Position numbers and translations under genes: made by a program. This document shows, piece after piece, positions 31,117 to 44,578 of a stretch of DNA of 64,000 nucleotides (the stretch's first letter is position 1; every line of letters starts with the position of its first letter). The DNA is taken from NCBI GenBank assembly GCA_965153355.1, contig OZ231126.1, positions 19,158,001 through 19,222,000 of the forward strand, in the 5' to 3' direction. A model generated the notes under the pieces. It saw only the letters and a list, made by a program, of their open reading frames with translations, did no database searches and was not told the origin of the DNA. Source of the stretch: Flaccisagitta enflata (lineage: Eukaryota).

Positions 31117-32214
31117 GTCCTCGACGATCAGTTTACGTCGAGGACTATAACATAGCACTGATCGTGTAGTAAGCCGTCTGTTTGTTGTGTCAACCCTTAA
31201 AAACTTGAGAACCACAACTCAGATGTTGATGAAACTTGGTCAGTGTTATTTTTAGGGCATTACTAACCTGTGTATCAACTTTCAACAACATTCATAAATA
31301 TTTAATACCCTTTGCCTATTATATTTGTAGTAATATTAATTCCTGGACTTATGAAATTTACATAGGGGAAGGGTAGTAAAGGTTCACCAATGTTGTTTAA
31401 ACTTGTTTTGGAAGTTCATTGTAGTGATTAAAGCTCCCCTGCAAGATTTCGGATAATTCTGAGTATTGGTTTAGAAGATATTAGGGTATTTTGCTCGTAA
31501 TATTAATTCCTAGACTTGTGCAATTTACAAAGGGGAAGGGTAGTAAAGAGTCACCAATGTTGTTCAAACTTGTTGTGAAGGTTCATTGCATCAATTAAAG
31601 CTCCCCTGCAAGATTTCAGTAAATTCTGAGTATTGGTTAAGAAAATATAAGGGTATTTATGATGTATCTAGTAACATTATTTCCTGGACTTAAGATTATT
31701 TTTTTTGAAAAAAATTTTTTTTTTTTTTAATTTTTTTTTTTTTTTTAAATTTTTTTTCTCTGAAAAATTTTTTTTTTTTTTGAAAACAAATTTTTTTTTT
31801 TGAAAAAATTTTTTTTTTTTTTTTAAATTTTTTTTTTTTTGAAATTTTTTTTTCTTTTTGAAAAATTTTTTTTTTTTTGTTTTTAGCGGGGTCAGACTGA
31901 GTAGCGGGGTCAGACTGAGTAGCCGGGTCAGACTGTGTAGCCGGGTCAGACTCAGTAGCCGGGTCAGACTCAGTAGCCGGGTCAGACTGAGTAGCCGGGT
32001 CAGACTGAGTAGCCGGGTCAGACTGAGTAGCCGGGTCAGACTGAGTAGCCGGGTCAGACTGAGTAGCCGGGTCAGACTGAGTAGCCGGGTCAGACTGAGT
32101 AGCCGGGTCAGACTGAGTAGCCGGGTCAGACTGAGTAGCCGGGTCAGACTGAGTAGCCGGGTCAGATTGAGTAGCCGGGTCGTACACCAAATAGACTACA
32201 GTCGAGGACTGTTG
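31117..32214 (+). mobile_element. HINE-like element, family C (two ~185-bp repeats, A/T tract, 18-bp array)
   Basis: 5' GTCCTCGAC...GTCGAGGACTATAA stem after a T-run and 3' CAGTCGAGGAC, the same layout as family A; (GTAGCCGGGTCAGACTGA)n at ~31884-32180. Homologous to 51711-52795. Confidence 0.75.
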
Positions 32215-32789
32215 TTTTTAAGCTTTTGGACATTTTGGTTGCTGGACATTCCCATTTTGGACAATGTAGATTGGACATTTTCGTCATGCGTCATTGATTT
32301 CAAGGTATGCCGTCATTGACTACAAGGTATGCCGTCATTGACTTCAAGGTATGCCGTCATTGACTTCAAGGTATGCCGTCATTGACTTCAAGGTATGCCG
32401 TCATTGACTTCAAGGTATGCCGTCATTGACTTCAAGGTATGCCGTCATTGACTTCAAGGTATGCCGTCATTGACTTCAAGGTATGCCGTCATTGACTTCA
32501 AGGTATGCCGTCATTGACTTCAAGGTATGCCGTCATTGACTTCAAGGTATGCCATCATTGACTTCAAGGTATGCTGTCATTATCTTTAACTACTGTCATC
32601 ATCTTCAACTTTGAAAATTTCTTTAAAAAATTTTTTTGAAAATTTTTTAAAAAATTTTTTAAAAATTTTTTTTTGATTTTTTGATTTTTTTTTTTTTTGA
32701 AAAATTTTAGGTTTTTTTTTTTGAAAAATTTTAGTTTTTTTTTAGATTTTTTTTGTCGTGTATCTTCTCGAGTTGCGTTTACGCGACTA

Positions 32790-33628
32790 TTTATTTACGT
32801 TTCGAAGATTGTAAAATGACCGTATGGTTCCGTCTCGGCGAAATCATCGAAAACGCGAGTGTCGAATTTCTTCGTAATTTCTTCCACGTTCATCAATCAT
32901 TCTTGATGTCAGTGGTGTTGAACGTCTCTGGAAAAATCGAATTCCGGCAAAACGAACTGAGCCCCACGACTCACCGAGTTATGGGCATCGACAAAATCTC
33001 CAAGAAGCCCTCTCACGATATCGCCAACGTCGACATTCAAGTGATCGAGCACGATGGCGCGTTGGCGCAACAGCAGCTCACCAAGGGGAGATCCGGATGG
33101 CCATGCAACGTGATGGACAGGAGCCCGATCTTAAAGATTTATACTGGGATCTCTACTAAAGGTGTCAGTCTTGCTACAAATTCGAGGATCAGGAGTCTCT
33201 CTACCTTTGGCATAATGGGTTGCCGGCTACTCCGTCGGTCAAGTTTCGTCATTGCGCGCGATGCCGAGCCTGCAAATGAAAAAGTAGACACACATATAAA
33301 TAGCGGAAGATCATAGTAAAGATCTCTATGCAATGTGTTTTTTTTTTTTCAATGACAACAATTTTAGTACAACAGAAAAAATCATCAGATAACAACCACC
33401 CCCGCATACCCGACACCCCACCTCCCGACACCTAAAAGCCCCATAGTCAGCCAGAAACCCCACCCTTGACCCCCTCTTAAAGGCCCCCAGAGACGCCACA
33501 CCCCTCTGCACCTCCGCCGTCAGCTATTGCTCGAAAGAATGCCAAATGAAACATTGCATTGGCCCGATCATCGACTCTCCTGCTCAGAACCAAAGACGGA
33601 GAAGAAAACCTCCGCTATGACCAAGTGA
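32790..33628 (+). pseudogene. Relic 3' half of a beta-helix/MYND family gene
   Basis: VWFRLGEIIENASV...FLMSVVLNVSGKIEFRQN aligns with VWDCIGKIKENASV...FLMVIVLNVTGKIDFKEN of 45378. Frameshift before CQSC (33163); ~245-bp non-GT-AG insert after CARCRA (33271-33515); CATTG duplication (33552-33561) disrupting YCSKECQMKHWPDH. Confidence 0.85.
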
Positions 33629-34954
33629 AATGGTCTTCATGAGATCATCGCATACGACTTAATCCTCAGTTTGATTAATTAAACGAGAGTTCAATAAGTT
33701 GAGAATCAACGGAGATCGGTCCCATTTACGTTGATTTCTGTTTTAGTAGGCTAGTAGGACGGTAATGTAAAAAATGGCCATGTATGGTATATGATGTATG
33801 GATCGGCTCGTAATAATATCAACATTATCAAAAAACTTCATTTTTGGCCTATTTTACCAATTTCAGAAACATACAATCACTAAAACCAACAAATACTTTG
33901 CAGTCATTTCCTGGCACTTTTTTCTTGATGATAAGATAAGTGAAATGCGATATTGAAACGGCTCATACTACCAAAAATCTTTGATAATATCTCTCAGATT
34001 ACTAAATTTAACATTTGTCCTTCACATAACATCGAACAAAATGCTCAAGAGCTACTATCTATTTAGCTATTTACATCTATATCCACCCTAAATTACAATA
34101 AAGAATTTTCCACGCTTAGAAATGAGCATCAACTTTGAAAGACCACTGCTCACAAACGAATTGAGCTACAAACCCCAGATTGGTCGCAATTTAAAAGAGT
34201 TCAAACAACTCTTTAAGTAAAAACCAATCTGGGATATGTAGCTTTATTGTTTAAGTTGCAATACTCCTTCAAAGTTGATTATTTTTCAGAGCAAAAAAAT
34301 TTTGTTTTCCAAGATGGTTTCCTCTAAGCTGCGTCTTACAGATTAGTTTTCTGATGCTTCCACTGAGCATACCTGCTCATTTATTTTTTACTGGCTCGCT
34401 CAGTTTGTTATGCATTGAAATTCCTTTTATTTCCTTAGTTGGCAATAAGTTATCGCCAATAACAAAAAAAGATGTTGGTCCCTAGCTAAAATCCGTTAGA
34501 GCGGGGTTCCACTTTAACGAGTTTTTAGTTGCGGACATGCAACTCTATAAAAAGCTTTGTCCGTCAGTCCATTGTACGTCAGCACAAGTAGAAAAAAAAG
34601 GGAAAATGAGATTTTTGGAAGCTTTTTATTTGCGGACATGCAACTCTATAAGAGGCTTTGTCTGTTGGTCCATCCGTCCGTTGGTCCGTTGGTCTGTCGG
34701 TCTGTCAGCATGAGTCAAAAAGTGGAAGAACGAGCTTTTTGTGTTTTTTTGCGTATGTTTGTGTACATGTGGGACATTGGGGTGTAGATGGGGGTTGGAC
34801 GCCCCTCCCCACCCATCAGCAACAATATTGTGGCCCCGCCTCACTTGTTGTGTATGTGTCTGAGTTGGGGAGAGAGTTGGGTGGGGGGTTGGGTGTGAAT
34901 GAGGGTTGCCGACCCGTTCGCGACAATATTGTGACCCCGCCTCACTTGTTTTTT

Positions 34955-35385
34955 GTCGCGTGCACGCGACTCTATAAGCCGCTCTGTCGGTCCGTCGGTC
35001 GGTCCGTCGGTCGGTCCGTAACACTTAGCTTGTTTTCGTCGTTTTACGTCATATTAGGGTATTTTTCATCATTTTAAGTCATTTTATGTCATTTTAAGTC
35101 ATTTTCAGTTAATTTTAGTCACTTAAGTCATTTTGTCATTTTTTGTCATTTTTGTCATTTTATGTTATTATGAGTCAATTTTAGTCATTCTTAGTCATTC
35201 TAAGTTATTCTAAGTCATTCAAAGTCATTATAAGTCATTACAAGTCATTCTAAGCCATTCTCAGTCACTCTAAGTTATTTTTGGCTTTTGTAGTTTTTAG
35301 TAACACTTTGCTTTTTTGCGTTGTTTTTGAGTCTGGTTTAGGTCTGGTTTAGGTCTGGTTTAAGTCTGGTTTAATTCTGGTTTAA
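34955..35385 (+). mobile_element. 3'-truncated long HINE family B copy, preceded by degenerate B-like pieces from ~34525
   Basis: GTCGCGTGCACGCGACTCTATAAG, (GTCC/GTCG)n, (AGTCATTTT)n and (GTCTGGTTTAG)n, as in 42784. Confidence 0.65.
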
Positions 35386-36254
35386 GGCCACGATAAACAT
35401 ACCCCTCATATTTTGCAACCAAAATTCAGTGAGTAAATGAGCGGACACTGATTTCAACGCTGTGCCCATTTCATATTTTCTAAGATGAGTTGATATAAAA
35501 AAAAATCAATGGTAGTTTGCAGCTACATCACAAAAAATCACAGAGAGCTCAATCGTCTTGAAGAAAAAAAGACGGGACTTATAACGGATTCAAACCTGTG
35601 ATCTGTCAATCTCAAGTAGGCTATCATACCACCACACTGCTGAATCTACTGATGTTGAGCACGGTAACACAATCTTTATAAATCAAAAAAATGTTACTGT
35701 TTCCGAAGCCAATCACCCTTTGCCAGCTGTGATTTACTCTCTGAAGAGTAAGTTCGGACACTAAACCAACGCATGTTGGCATCACCGTAATCAATGCAGA
35801 GATATACAGATTACACTGATTGCTTGTTGCAAAAATTGACTGATTACCACTTGACTGATTTGTCCCAGCTAAAATGACAGACTGAATGTATCTTTTCTCC
35901 TAAGCATCGAGCCGACTGTGTCATCAGTCAGAGACCTGTAAATAAATGCAGTCACTGCTTGCGAGTTTCCCACCACCCTCTCGGTACACTGTACAGTTAC
36001 ACCCCGCTATAACAGACCCAAGTGTAACGTTCATCCCCTCTATTCATTTCTTCCCATTCATTATATTGGCAATAATAGAAATCTCTATATGACATAGGCG
36101 AAAGTAGAATACACATTAGATCGTCGAATTTTCTTTGGGTTCTCTGTAAGGCGGAAGGACGCATGTTATGGCAAAGTTGCCCTACATGTTTTTTTTTACT
36201 GTTTTCTGTTTTTGGTCTCGCTTATTGTCGGTAGGTCTGCCTGAGTCACTCGAT

Positions 36255-36448
36255 GTTTCTTTCTTTCTTTCTGTCTTTCTTTCTTTTTTTCTTTCAATCT
36301 TTTTCTCTCTTTCAATGTTTTTTCTCTCTTTTGATCTTTCTCTATCTTTTGATCTTCATTTTTTTTTCTTTTTTCTTTTCTCTCTTTCGATCTATCTTTC
36401 TTTCTTTCTTTCGATCTTTCGATCTTTCTTTCGATCTTTTTATCTTTT

Positions 36449-36517
<69 letters not shown>

Positions 36518-36652
36518 CTCTTTCCTGTGTTTTTTATTCATTTGTTCGATCTTTCTTTGTATCTTTGCATCTTTCGATCTTTCTTTCGATCTTTCTTTCT
36601 TTTGATCTTTCTTTCTTTTGATCTTTCTTTCTTTCGATCTTTCTTTCTTTCG

Positions 36653-36683
<31 letters not shown>

Positions 36684-36700
36684 GATCTTTCTTTCTTTCG

Positions 36701-36748
<48 letters not shown>

Positions 36749-36790
36749 CTCTTTCTTTCTTTTTTTCTTTCTTTCTTTCTTTCTTTTTCT
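36255..36790. repeat. (TTTC)n/(TTCGATCT) low-complexity tract
   Basis: Seen directly. Confidence 0.9.
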
Positions 36791-36875
36791 TTTGCTATTT
36801 CATCTTTCTTTTTTTCGCTTTCTCTTGCAATATCACTCTGTCTCTTTGGCTGCCGTAAAGCCAAAAGTCAGTTGA

Positions 36876-37490
36876 AACAAGGCTGGATATACAACACCAG
36901 CGCGGTGTGGTGGACGGTTGGGCAGGGGCAGTAATGCAACCAGTCGCCTAAGGGCAATATGTGGTCAGCGATACCCGTTGCTCTGCTTTGCATGGTTGTG
37001 AATCAGTCAATCGGAATGAAGGGAAGCAGGGCAGCGGTCCTGAAGGGGATAAATTCCTGTAGAACACAGGGGGACTTTCGTTTGTTCATCCATCTGTCCC
37101 CCCCCACCCCCGGCCCTATCAGGTCTGAAGTCTTTCCGCTCAGGCCTGAAATCTACCCTCTCAGGCCTGAAATCTGTTCTCCCAGGTTTCGAATCTGAGA
37201 GCGCAGATTAATGTCCTGAGAGTGCAGATTACAGGCCTGAGAGGGAAGATTCAAGGCCTTTGAGGGCAGAATTCAGGCCTGGGAGGGCAGATTTCAAGCC
37301 TGAGAGGGCCGGGGAGGGGGACAAACAAATAAACACACGAACAGACGAACGAACAAAAGTCCCCCTGTGTTCTACAGGACTTCGTTTCCCTCGGGGCCGC
37401 TCCCCAAAAACCGCTTGCAATTAAAAAATGTTACGGGCGGAGGGACCGAGGGACAGACACGGCAAGGTGTAGAGCCGCCCGTGACAAAAA
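36876..37490 (-). mobile_element. HINE-B-like copy (reverse) with a nested HINE family D element (~36940-37410)
   Basis: Starts AACAAGGCTGGATATAC...GGGCAGGGGCAGT and ends GGTGTAGAGCCGC. The inner element runs from GGTCAGCGATACCCGTTGC to GGGGCCGCTCCCCAAAA. Confidence 0.6.
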
Positions 37491-38124
37491 AAAACAATGC
37501 GTAAAACCTGTGATTGCAACCTTGGTTGTTATTGTTGTTGTTTTGTTTTGTAATTGGCAAAGAAGTGGGACTTACATTTGGCAACAAGATCACGGGGAAA
37601 AAAAATAAAAGAGATATAATCGGCACGGATAAAACATAGCTAAAGATACATATAATGATGAAATAGACTTTTTTTTTAATAATGTCAAGGTTTTATAACA
37701 AGTTAGCAGCAGGCGCATGCTCCGACTTCGATGACTTGCTATTTTTGGAAATTGATGATATTGTTTTTTTTCTTCACTGAACCCTTTTTTTCCGCATTTG
37801 ACTGTAAGAGAAATGTATGTTGGGATTGGTCATTATCAAAATATTTCCGAAAAAAAGAAAACGATTAATCTTACAACTAAACATATCTTTTGCCACGATT
37901 TGCGCGAGTTTTTATGAGGCGCTGCAGACAGAGACGGACAAATGGAAATGCGGATAGAAGAGAAAGGCAGAGGGACAGAAAATGTCGACAAAAGACAGAG
38001 AGCAGATCTCTAAAAACAAGTAACGCGGAGTGACAATATCGTTGCGGACGGGTGGGCAGGGGCATACAACCCCAATATACACCAACTCTAACAATGTATA
38101 AGTCAACCTGTGAATGGAGCAAGA

Positions 38125-38330
38125 CCGTGAGCGGAGCGAGCCCGTGAGGGGAGCGAGCCCGTGAGTGGAGCGAGCCCGTGAGCGGAGCGAGCCCGTGAGC
38201 GGAGCGAGCCCGTGAGCGGAGCGAGCCCGTGAGCGGAGCGAGCCTGTGAGTAGAGCGAGCCCGTGAGCGGGGCAAGCCTGTGAGCGGAGCGAGCCTGTGA
38301 GTGGAGCGAGCCTGTGAGCGGAGCAAGCGA
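38125..38330. repeat. 18-bp minisatellite (GAGCGGAGCGAGCCCGT-type)
   Basis: About 11 tandem units seen directly. Confidence 0.9.
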
Positions 38331-38807
38331 CCGTAGCAAGTTGAAGTACTTTAGAGTGAGCTAGCTGAGTGGGCGATGCGAGCGAACGAACATAGCAAGT
38401 GACTGAGTGGCCTGTTAAAATCGTGATTTTCATGTGTAGAAACAGGCCCTTTTCTGACTTGACTCCCACCTCTTATGTTTGTGTGTCCGCTTGATTGTTT
38501 CCAACCCCCTCAATCATATGTAACGGCAAAGACTGCGGAACCAACAAGGCAAAGCAGTTGCCTTCAAGCCCAAAGACTTTCTCGACATGTCTTGTAGGAT
38601 GCCGTATTATCCAAACGAACGCATTTCGAACTGACATTGCAGCCGCCGCTGTCGCTGTTGAAACTGAGGATTCAGCACCAGAAGCTGGAAGATCTGTTGG
38701 ATGAACAAGAGAATGCAATACCAGAATCAAAATCTGAATGAGAGAGAGAGTTGGTGTTGTTGTTGTCCTCTTTATCGGCGTTGTTGTTGTTGTCCTCGTT
38801 ATCGGCG

Positions 38808-38875
<68 letters not shown>
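38808..38875. repeat. (GTT)n trinucleotide repeat
   Basis: Seen directly. Confidence 0.9.
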
Positions 38876-39379
38876 ACTGCTTTGAGTAAAAGCTCCATCG
38901 CGTTGTCATCTTGAAGTCTTCCACCCTCATCTCCTGATGTCCTTGTTTCCGACTAGACCGCCTTTGACTGCATATCCTCGCCGTCAATATGGTGAGAGGA
39001 AGAGGGGGAACTCAAAGAGAGGGAGGGCAGACGAAAGGAGGCATGCACAGTTTGGCATACAGACAGAGTTAATGGGGTTGTATGCCCCTGCCGCCTGTTC
39101 ATAACGATATCATAACCCCGCATTACCTGCTTCTTATCATCATGTAGCTCTTATATTGATCCATTTTTCTATCAGCCTGACTGTCAAAAGCAAACCAGAC
39201 CTTGTCGTAGATGTAGCCACAGTTGAAATAAGAGCGGGTCCGTGATTCCTTGATAAGAACATAAAAAGATCTTGGATATGTAAGCAAATAGATTCCTGCC
39301 ATTGGTTTACTCAGTGTTGTCCGTCCATCTATCTGTTCGTCTGTTGGTTTGTATGTCTGTCGGTCTGTTCTTGTATGCT

Positions 39380-39436
<57 letters not shown>

Positions 39437-39592
39437 ATTTCTCTTTCACTCCATGTTTTAGTTTGTCAATTTATCAGTCACTCAATTTGTCGATCGTTTA
39501 GACTTTTTTTTTTCATCTGACTAGGCCTGTCCGTCCCTGTCTCTCTGTCTGCTCCTATCTCTCTGTGTCTCTGTCGGAGTGTGTTTGTGTGA

Positions 39593-39706
<114 letters not shown>

Positions 39707-39728
39707 CAGTTTACTGATGAACGATAGA

Positions 39729-40132
39729 TAGTGTACACCAATGCCTTGCGGGACCCCATGGGCAGGGTCGGCCGGTTCCTCGGCACGGCAGGGCTGGATA
39801 CCGGGGGTCGGGAGCTCGGTACGGGCAGGGGCAGTACTGGGGCTCGGTATAGGGTCTCGGTACTAGGTAATGATACAAAAAATCTGGGACAAGAATATAC
39901 TTCACATTCTTTTTAAAATACTGTTGAAAATCATTAACAATGAAAAAAAAGAGAAAAAAGAAACAAACAACTTGAAATAGAAAAAAAGCAGAACATGCTG
40001 CATTTTCATTTCCTCAGTTTTTTTTTTTCAGTTTTAATTTAGATTGAGACTCGATGTTCCGGAAGTGAAGAGAATCTCCAATTGCGACACCTGATTATTC
40101 CTTGCCATTCACTGTCTTCAACTTTTTTCTTT

Positions 40133-40217
<85 letters not shown>

Positions 40218-40913
40218 GATAAAAGAGAGAGAAAGAGAAAGTGAAAGAAAGAGAAAGTGAAAGAAAAGACTAATTCATTTCAGCGATTCTTCCGTAATGA
40301 TCCTTAAATTCTCGAGTTAATCATATAGGAGAATAATCAATCATTTTGAAATGTGTTGTTAAATTGTTTCAAAACAAAAAATCTAATCATATTTCTTATT
40401 GAAATGTACATGCAAATCAATTTGAAAGAAGTGAATAAATACAAAGAAAATGAAAGATTCAAAAAATGACAATGACAGAAAATATGAAATATAAAACAAA
40501 TCTTAAAAAGCAATAAGAAAAACTAAAGTGACAATATGATATTCAATAAGAATAGAAAAAAAAATAGAAAAAGAAAAAAATGAAGAGTTAAAAACGCAAC
40601 ATGAAAAGTAAAAAATGAAAAACTTCTAAAAAAAGAAAAAAAAAATCAGAATAAAAAGTCAAGTCTGTACAATATATTCATAAAAATTATCATAGTTTTT
40701 TTTAAATTCTAAAGTGATCAAAGAATATCTCCCATGAATGTAAGAAAAGATATGAAAAAAAACTATTTCCACCATTGTTGAAAATGGATAGATAAGAAGG
40801 AGGAGGAGGAAAGGGCCGGCATAAGCATCAGGTCCCGGGAATTTGGGACAAGGTGATGTCCCGGCATGTCGGGGCCTCGGGACCCAAGTCCCGCCAGGCA
40901 TTGGTGTACACTA
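39729..40913. mobile_element. Non-autonomous TIR element, hAT-like ends
   Basis: 26-bp TIR TAGTGTACACCAATGCCTTGCGGGAC / GTCCCGCCAGGCATTGGTGTACACTA (1 mismatch), GC-rich subtermini, internal (GA)n. No TSD seen. Confidence 0.7.
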
Positions 40914-40955
40914 CTGCATGAGTGTGTGCGCCCGCGCGTGTGTGTGAGAGTGCAA

Positions 40956-41033
<78 letters not shown>

Positions 41034-41717
41034 CAGTCAGTCTGTCTGTCAGCCACGCAGTTTGTCGGTTGTTCAAACTTTCTCTCTGTCTCTCTGTCTC
41101 TGTCGCCCTTGTTGCTCTCGCTCTCACTCTCGCTATCTCTCTTACTGGTTCGCATTTTGATGCTGGATTGTCTTCCGATTGTGATACGCCGCATTTCTAC
41201 TAAAAAGAATCAATGCTGGCTTCACAGCAAATAAAAAGATAAATCTCTGTTTTGGTAAATTAAAAAAAACGAAGAGTAAGCAACTTAAAGAAACAGATTC
41301 AAGTATCGAGGAGATTTTTACACCGCTCGCATGTATCAGGTTGAAAAATGTAAGCTGATACGAAAGAACAGGCATAGAGTCACAGTTGCAGCTGTAGACA
41401 GACAACACACGTGTTGCTAAGTGAGCCCTTAAATCGAAAACCATCCTATTGAGCGTTTTAGACAAAGAGGAACAAAAGTGAAATTTACTAAAAATATTTT
41501 GCAGGGCAAGGTTGATTAAATTTTTTTACCTTATTTGTATGTCTGAGGGCAATGTAAATCAAAAGCTATCTGGCCCTTGCCCGGGGTAGAAGTCTATGAT
41601 TGAATTATTTACTTCCTTTTCCTCAAAGAATAGAAAGAAGTGGATTTGACCACGGATTTCACTATGACTGGGCAGGGTCAGGGCAGGGTCATCACTCCGA
41701 CCTCCATCGTGGCCTTA

Positions 41718-42543
41718 AGTCTGGTTTAGGTCTGGTTTAAGTCTGGTTTAAGTCTGGTTTGAGTCTGGTTTAAGTCCGGTTTAAGTCTGTTTTATGTATG
41801 GTTTAGTCTGGTTTAAGTATGGTTTGAGTCTGGTTTGAGTCTGGTTTGAGTCTGGTTTGAGTCTGGCTTGAGTCTGGTTTAAGTCTGGTTTAAGTCTGGT
41901 TTAAGTCTGGTTTAAGTCTGGTTTAAGTCTGGTTCATGTCTGGTTTAGGTCTGGGTTAGGTCTGGTTTATGTCTGGTTTAGGTCTGGTTTAGGTCTGGTT
42001 TAGGTCTGGTTTAATTCTGGTTTAGGTCTGGTTTTGGTCTGGTTTTGGTCTGGTTTAAGTCTGGTTAAGGTCTGGTTTAATTCTGGTTTAAGTCTGGTTT
42101 AAGTCTGGTTTAAGTCTGTTTTAGGCATGGTTTAGTCTGGTTTAAGTATGGTTTGAGTCTGGTTTAAGTATGGTTTGAGTCTGGTTTGAGTCTGGTTTGA
42201 ATCTGGTTTGAGTCTGGCTTAAGTCTGGCTTAAGTCTGGTTTAAGTCTGGTTTAAGTCTGGTTTAAGTCTGGTTTAAGTCTGGTTTAAGTCTGGTTTAAG
42301 TCTGGTTCATGTCTGGTTTAGGTCTGGGTTAGGTCTGGTTTAGGTCTGGTTTAGGTCTGGTTTTGGTCTGGTTTTGGTCTGGTTTGAGTCTGGTTTGAGT
42401 CTGGTTTGAGTCTGGTTTGAGTCTGGTTTGGGTCTGGTTTGGGTCTGGTTTAAGTCTGATTTTCGATAAAAAGATAGAATAAGGAGTCAGGTCAGTTCAG
42501 TTATTTTTGTCCTGCACGCGACTTATAGGTGTTGGCCTTGTTT
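41718..42543 (+). mobile_element. 5'-truncated long HINE-B copy: (GTCTGGTTTAA)n plus 3' end
   Basis: 11-bp array followed by ~95 bp nearly identical to 44445-44537, ending GCACGCGACTTATAGGTGTTGGCCTTGTTT. Confidence 0.75.
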
Positions 42544-42675
42544 CTATTCTTTTAGGAATTTAATTATTTCTCCTCTTTCTTGATATTTTTCCTTCTTTTT
42601 TTTTCTGTCTTCATTTCCCTTTTTCTTTTTCTTTCTCTTTTATTTTCTATATTTCTTTCTTTTTTTCTTTCTTTT

Positions 42676-42706
<31 letters not shown>

Positions 42707-42783
42707 TTTTCTCCCTTCCTTATATCTTCCTTTCTTTATTCCTTCCTTCTTTTCTTTCTTCCTTCCTTCCTTCCTTTCTTTTT

Positions 42784-44537
42784 TTAGTCGCGTGCACGCG
42801 ACTCTACAACCCGCTCCGTCGGTCGGTCCGTCGGTCGGTCCGTCCGTCCGTCCGTCCGTAACACTTTGCTTTTTTAGGTCTTTTTGGGTCGTCTGGAGTT
42901 ATTTTGAGTCATTTTTTTGTTGTTTTTGGGAATTATTATTGGTTGCTTTTAGTCATTTTTGGTTATTTTTGGTCATTTTGGTCATTTTGGTCTTTTTGGT
43001 CATTTTTGGTCATTTTTGATTATTTTTGATCATTTTTGATCATTTTTGATTATTTTTGATTATTTTTGGTCATTTTTGGTCATTTTTGGTCATTCTTGGT
43101 CATTTTTGGTCATTTTTGGTCATTTTTGGTCATTTTGGTCATTTTTGGTCATTTTGGTCATTTTTGGTCATTTTTGGTCATTTTTGGTCATTTTTGGTCA
43201 TTTTTGGTCATTTTTGGTCATTTTGGTCATTTTGGTCATTTTGGTCATTTTTGGTCATTTTTGGTCATTTTGGTCATTTTGGTCATTTTTGGTCATTTTT
43301 GGTCATTTTTGGTCATTTTTGGTCATTTTTGGTCATTTTTGGTCATTTTTGGTCATTTTTGATCATTTTGTTCATTTTGTTCATTTTTGGTCAATTTTGG
43401 TTATTTTTGGTCATTTTGGTCATTTTGGTCATTTTTGATCATTTTTGGTCATTTTTGGTCATTTTTTGGTCATTTTTGGTCGTTTTTGGTCATTTTTGGT
43501 CATTTTTGGTCATTTTCGGTTGTTTTTGGTCATTTTGATCATTTTTGGTCATCTTTGGTCATCTTTGGTCATAAAGTCTGCTGGTTAAAGTCTGCTGGGT
43601 AAAGTCTGATGGTTAAAGTCTGCTGGTTTAAATCTGCTGGTTTAAATCTGCTGGTTTAAGTCTGCTGGTTTAAATCTAATGGGTTAAGTCTGCTGGTTAA
43701 AGTCTGCTGGTTGAACTCTGCTGGTTTAAGTCTGCTGGTTTAAATCTAATGGTTTAAGTCTGCTGGTCTAATGGTTTAAGTCTGCTGGTTTAAGTCTGCT
43801 GGTTGAAATGATATTAAAGATAAGTATGGTTTAAGTCTGGTTTAGGTCTGGTTTAAGTCTGGTTTAAGTCTGGTTGAAGTCTGGTTTAAGCATGGTTTAA
43901 GTCTGGTTTAAGTCTGGTTTAAGACTGGTTCATGTCTGATTTATGTCTGGTTTAGGTCTGGGTTAGGTCTGGTTTAGGTCTGGTGTATGTCTGGTTTTTG
44001 TCTGGTTTGTTTGATTTAGGTCTGATTTAGGTCTGGTTTTGGTCTGGTTTTGGTCTGGTTTTGGTTTGGTTTCATTCTGGTTTGAGTCTGGTTTGAGTCT
44101 GGTTTGAGTCTGGTTTGAGTCTGGTTTGAGTCTGGTTTGAGTCTGGTTTGAGTCTGGTTTGAGTCTGGTTTGATTCTGGTTTGAGCCTGGTTTGAGCCTG
44201 GTTTGAGCCTGGTTTGAGTCTGGTTTGAGTCTGGTTTGAGTCTGGTTCGAGTCTGGTTTGAGTCTGGTTTGAGTCTGGTTTGAGTCTGGTTTGAGTCTGG
44301 CTTAAATCTGGTTTATGTCTGGTTTATGTCTGGTTTATGTCTGGTTTATGTCGGTTTTCGGTCTGGTTTAATTCTGGTTTGAGTCTGGTTTGAGTCTGGT
44401 TTGAGTCTGGTTTGAGTCTGGTTTGGGTCTGTTTTGGGTTGCGTTTAAGTCTGATTTTCGATAAAAAGATACAATAAGGAGTCAGGTCAGTTCAGTTATT
44501 TTTGTCCTGCACGCGACTTATATGTGTTGGCCTTGTT
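42784..44537 (+). mobile_element. Full-length long HINE-B copy with three successive satellites
   Basis: 5' TAGTCGCGTGCACGCGACT and (GTCC)n; (GGTCATTTTT)n 42960-43570; (GTCTGCTGGTTTAA)n 43576-43805; (GTCTGGTTTGA)n 43830-44450; 3' GCACGCGACT + GGCCTTGTTT. Sits within a (TTTC)n tract. Confidence 0.8.
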
Positions 44538-44538
44538 T

Positions 44539-44578
<40 letters not shown>

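Larger units (their letters stand above)
28700..32285. mobile_element. TIR-bounded element containing a ~62-bp satellite and a nested HINE
   Basis: Left GACGACAAAAATGTCCAATCT with repeated AATGTCCA; right repeated TGGACATT then AGATTGGACATTTTCGTC (inverse). No clean TSD. Confidence 0.6.
28560..32581. repeat. 22-bp minisatellite (GGTATGCCGTCATTGACTTCAA)n split into 28560-28690 and 32289-32581 by nested insertions
   Basis: Same unit on both sides; degenerate units also at 52372-52450. Confidence 0.85.

Noticed and set aside
31696-32319. (DPATQS)n / (SSRVRL)n ORFs, and (AGSDGV)n at 52339-52809
   Set aside because: Translations of an 18-bp minisatellite inside HINE-C; the second lies in a Rab2 intron.
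32790-33628. Relic as the displaced 3' half of the truncated 47318 gene
   Set aside because: The two overlap by ~20 codons and differ strongly there (TVWFRLGEIIE vs TVWDCIGEIK), so they are separate paralogs.
38473-38898. Poly-Thr mucin-like ORF (- strand) and poly-Cys ORF (+ strand)
   Set aside because: Driven by (GTT)n; stops lie close upstream in the minus frames, and no splice partners or domain were recognised.
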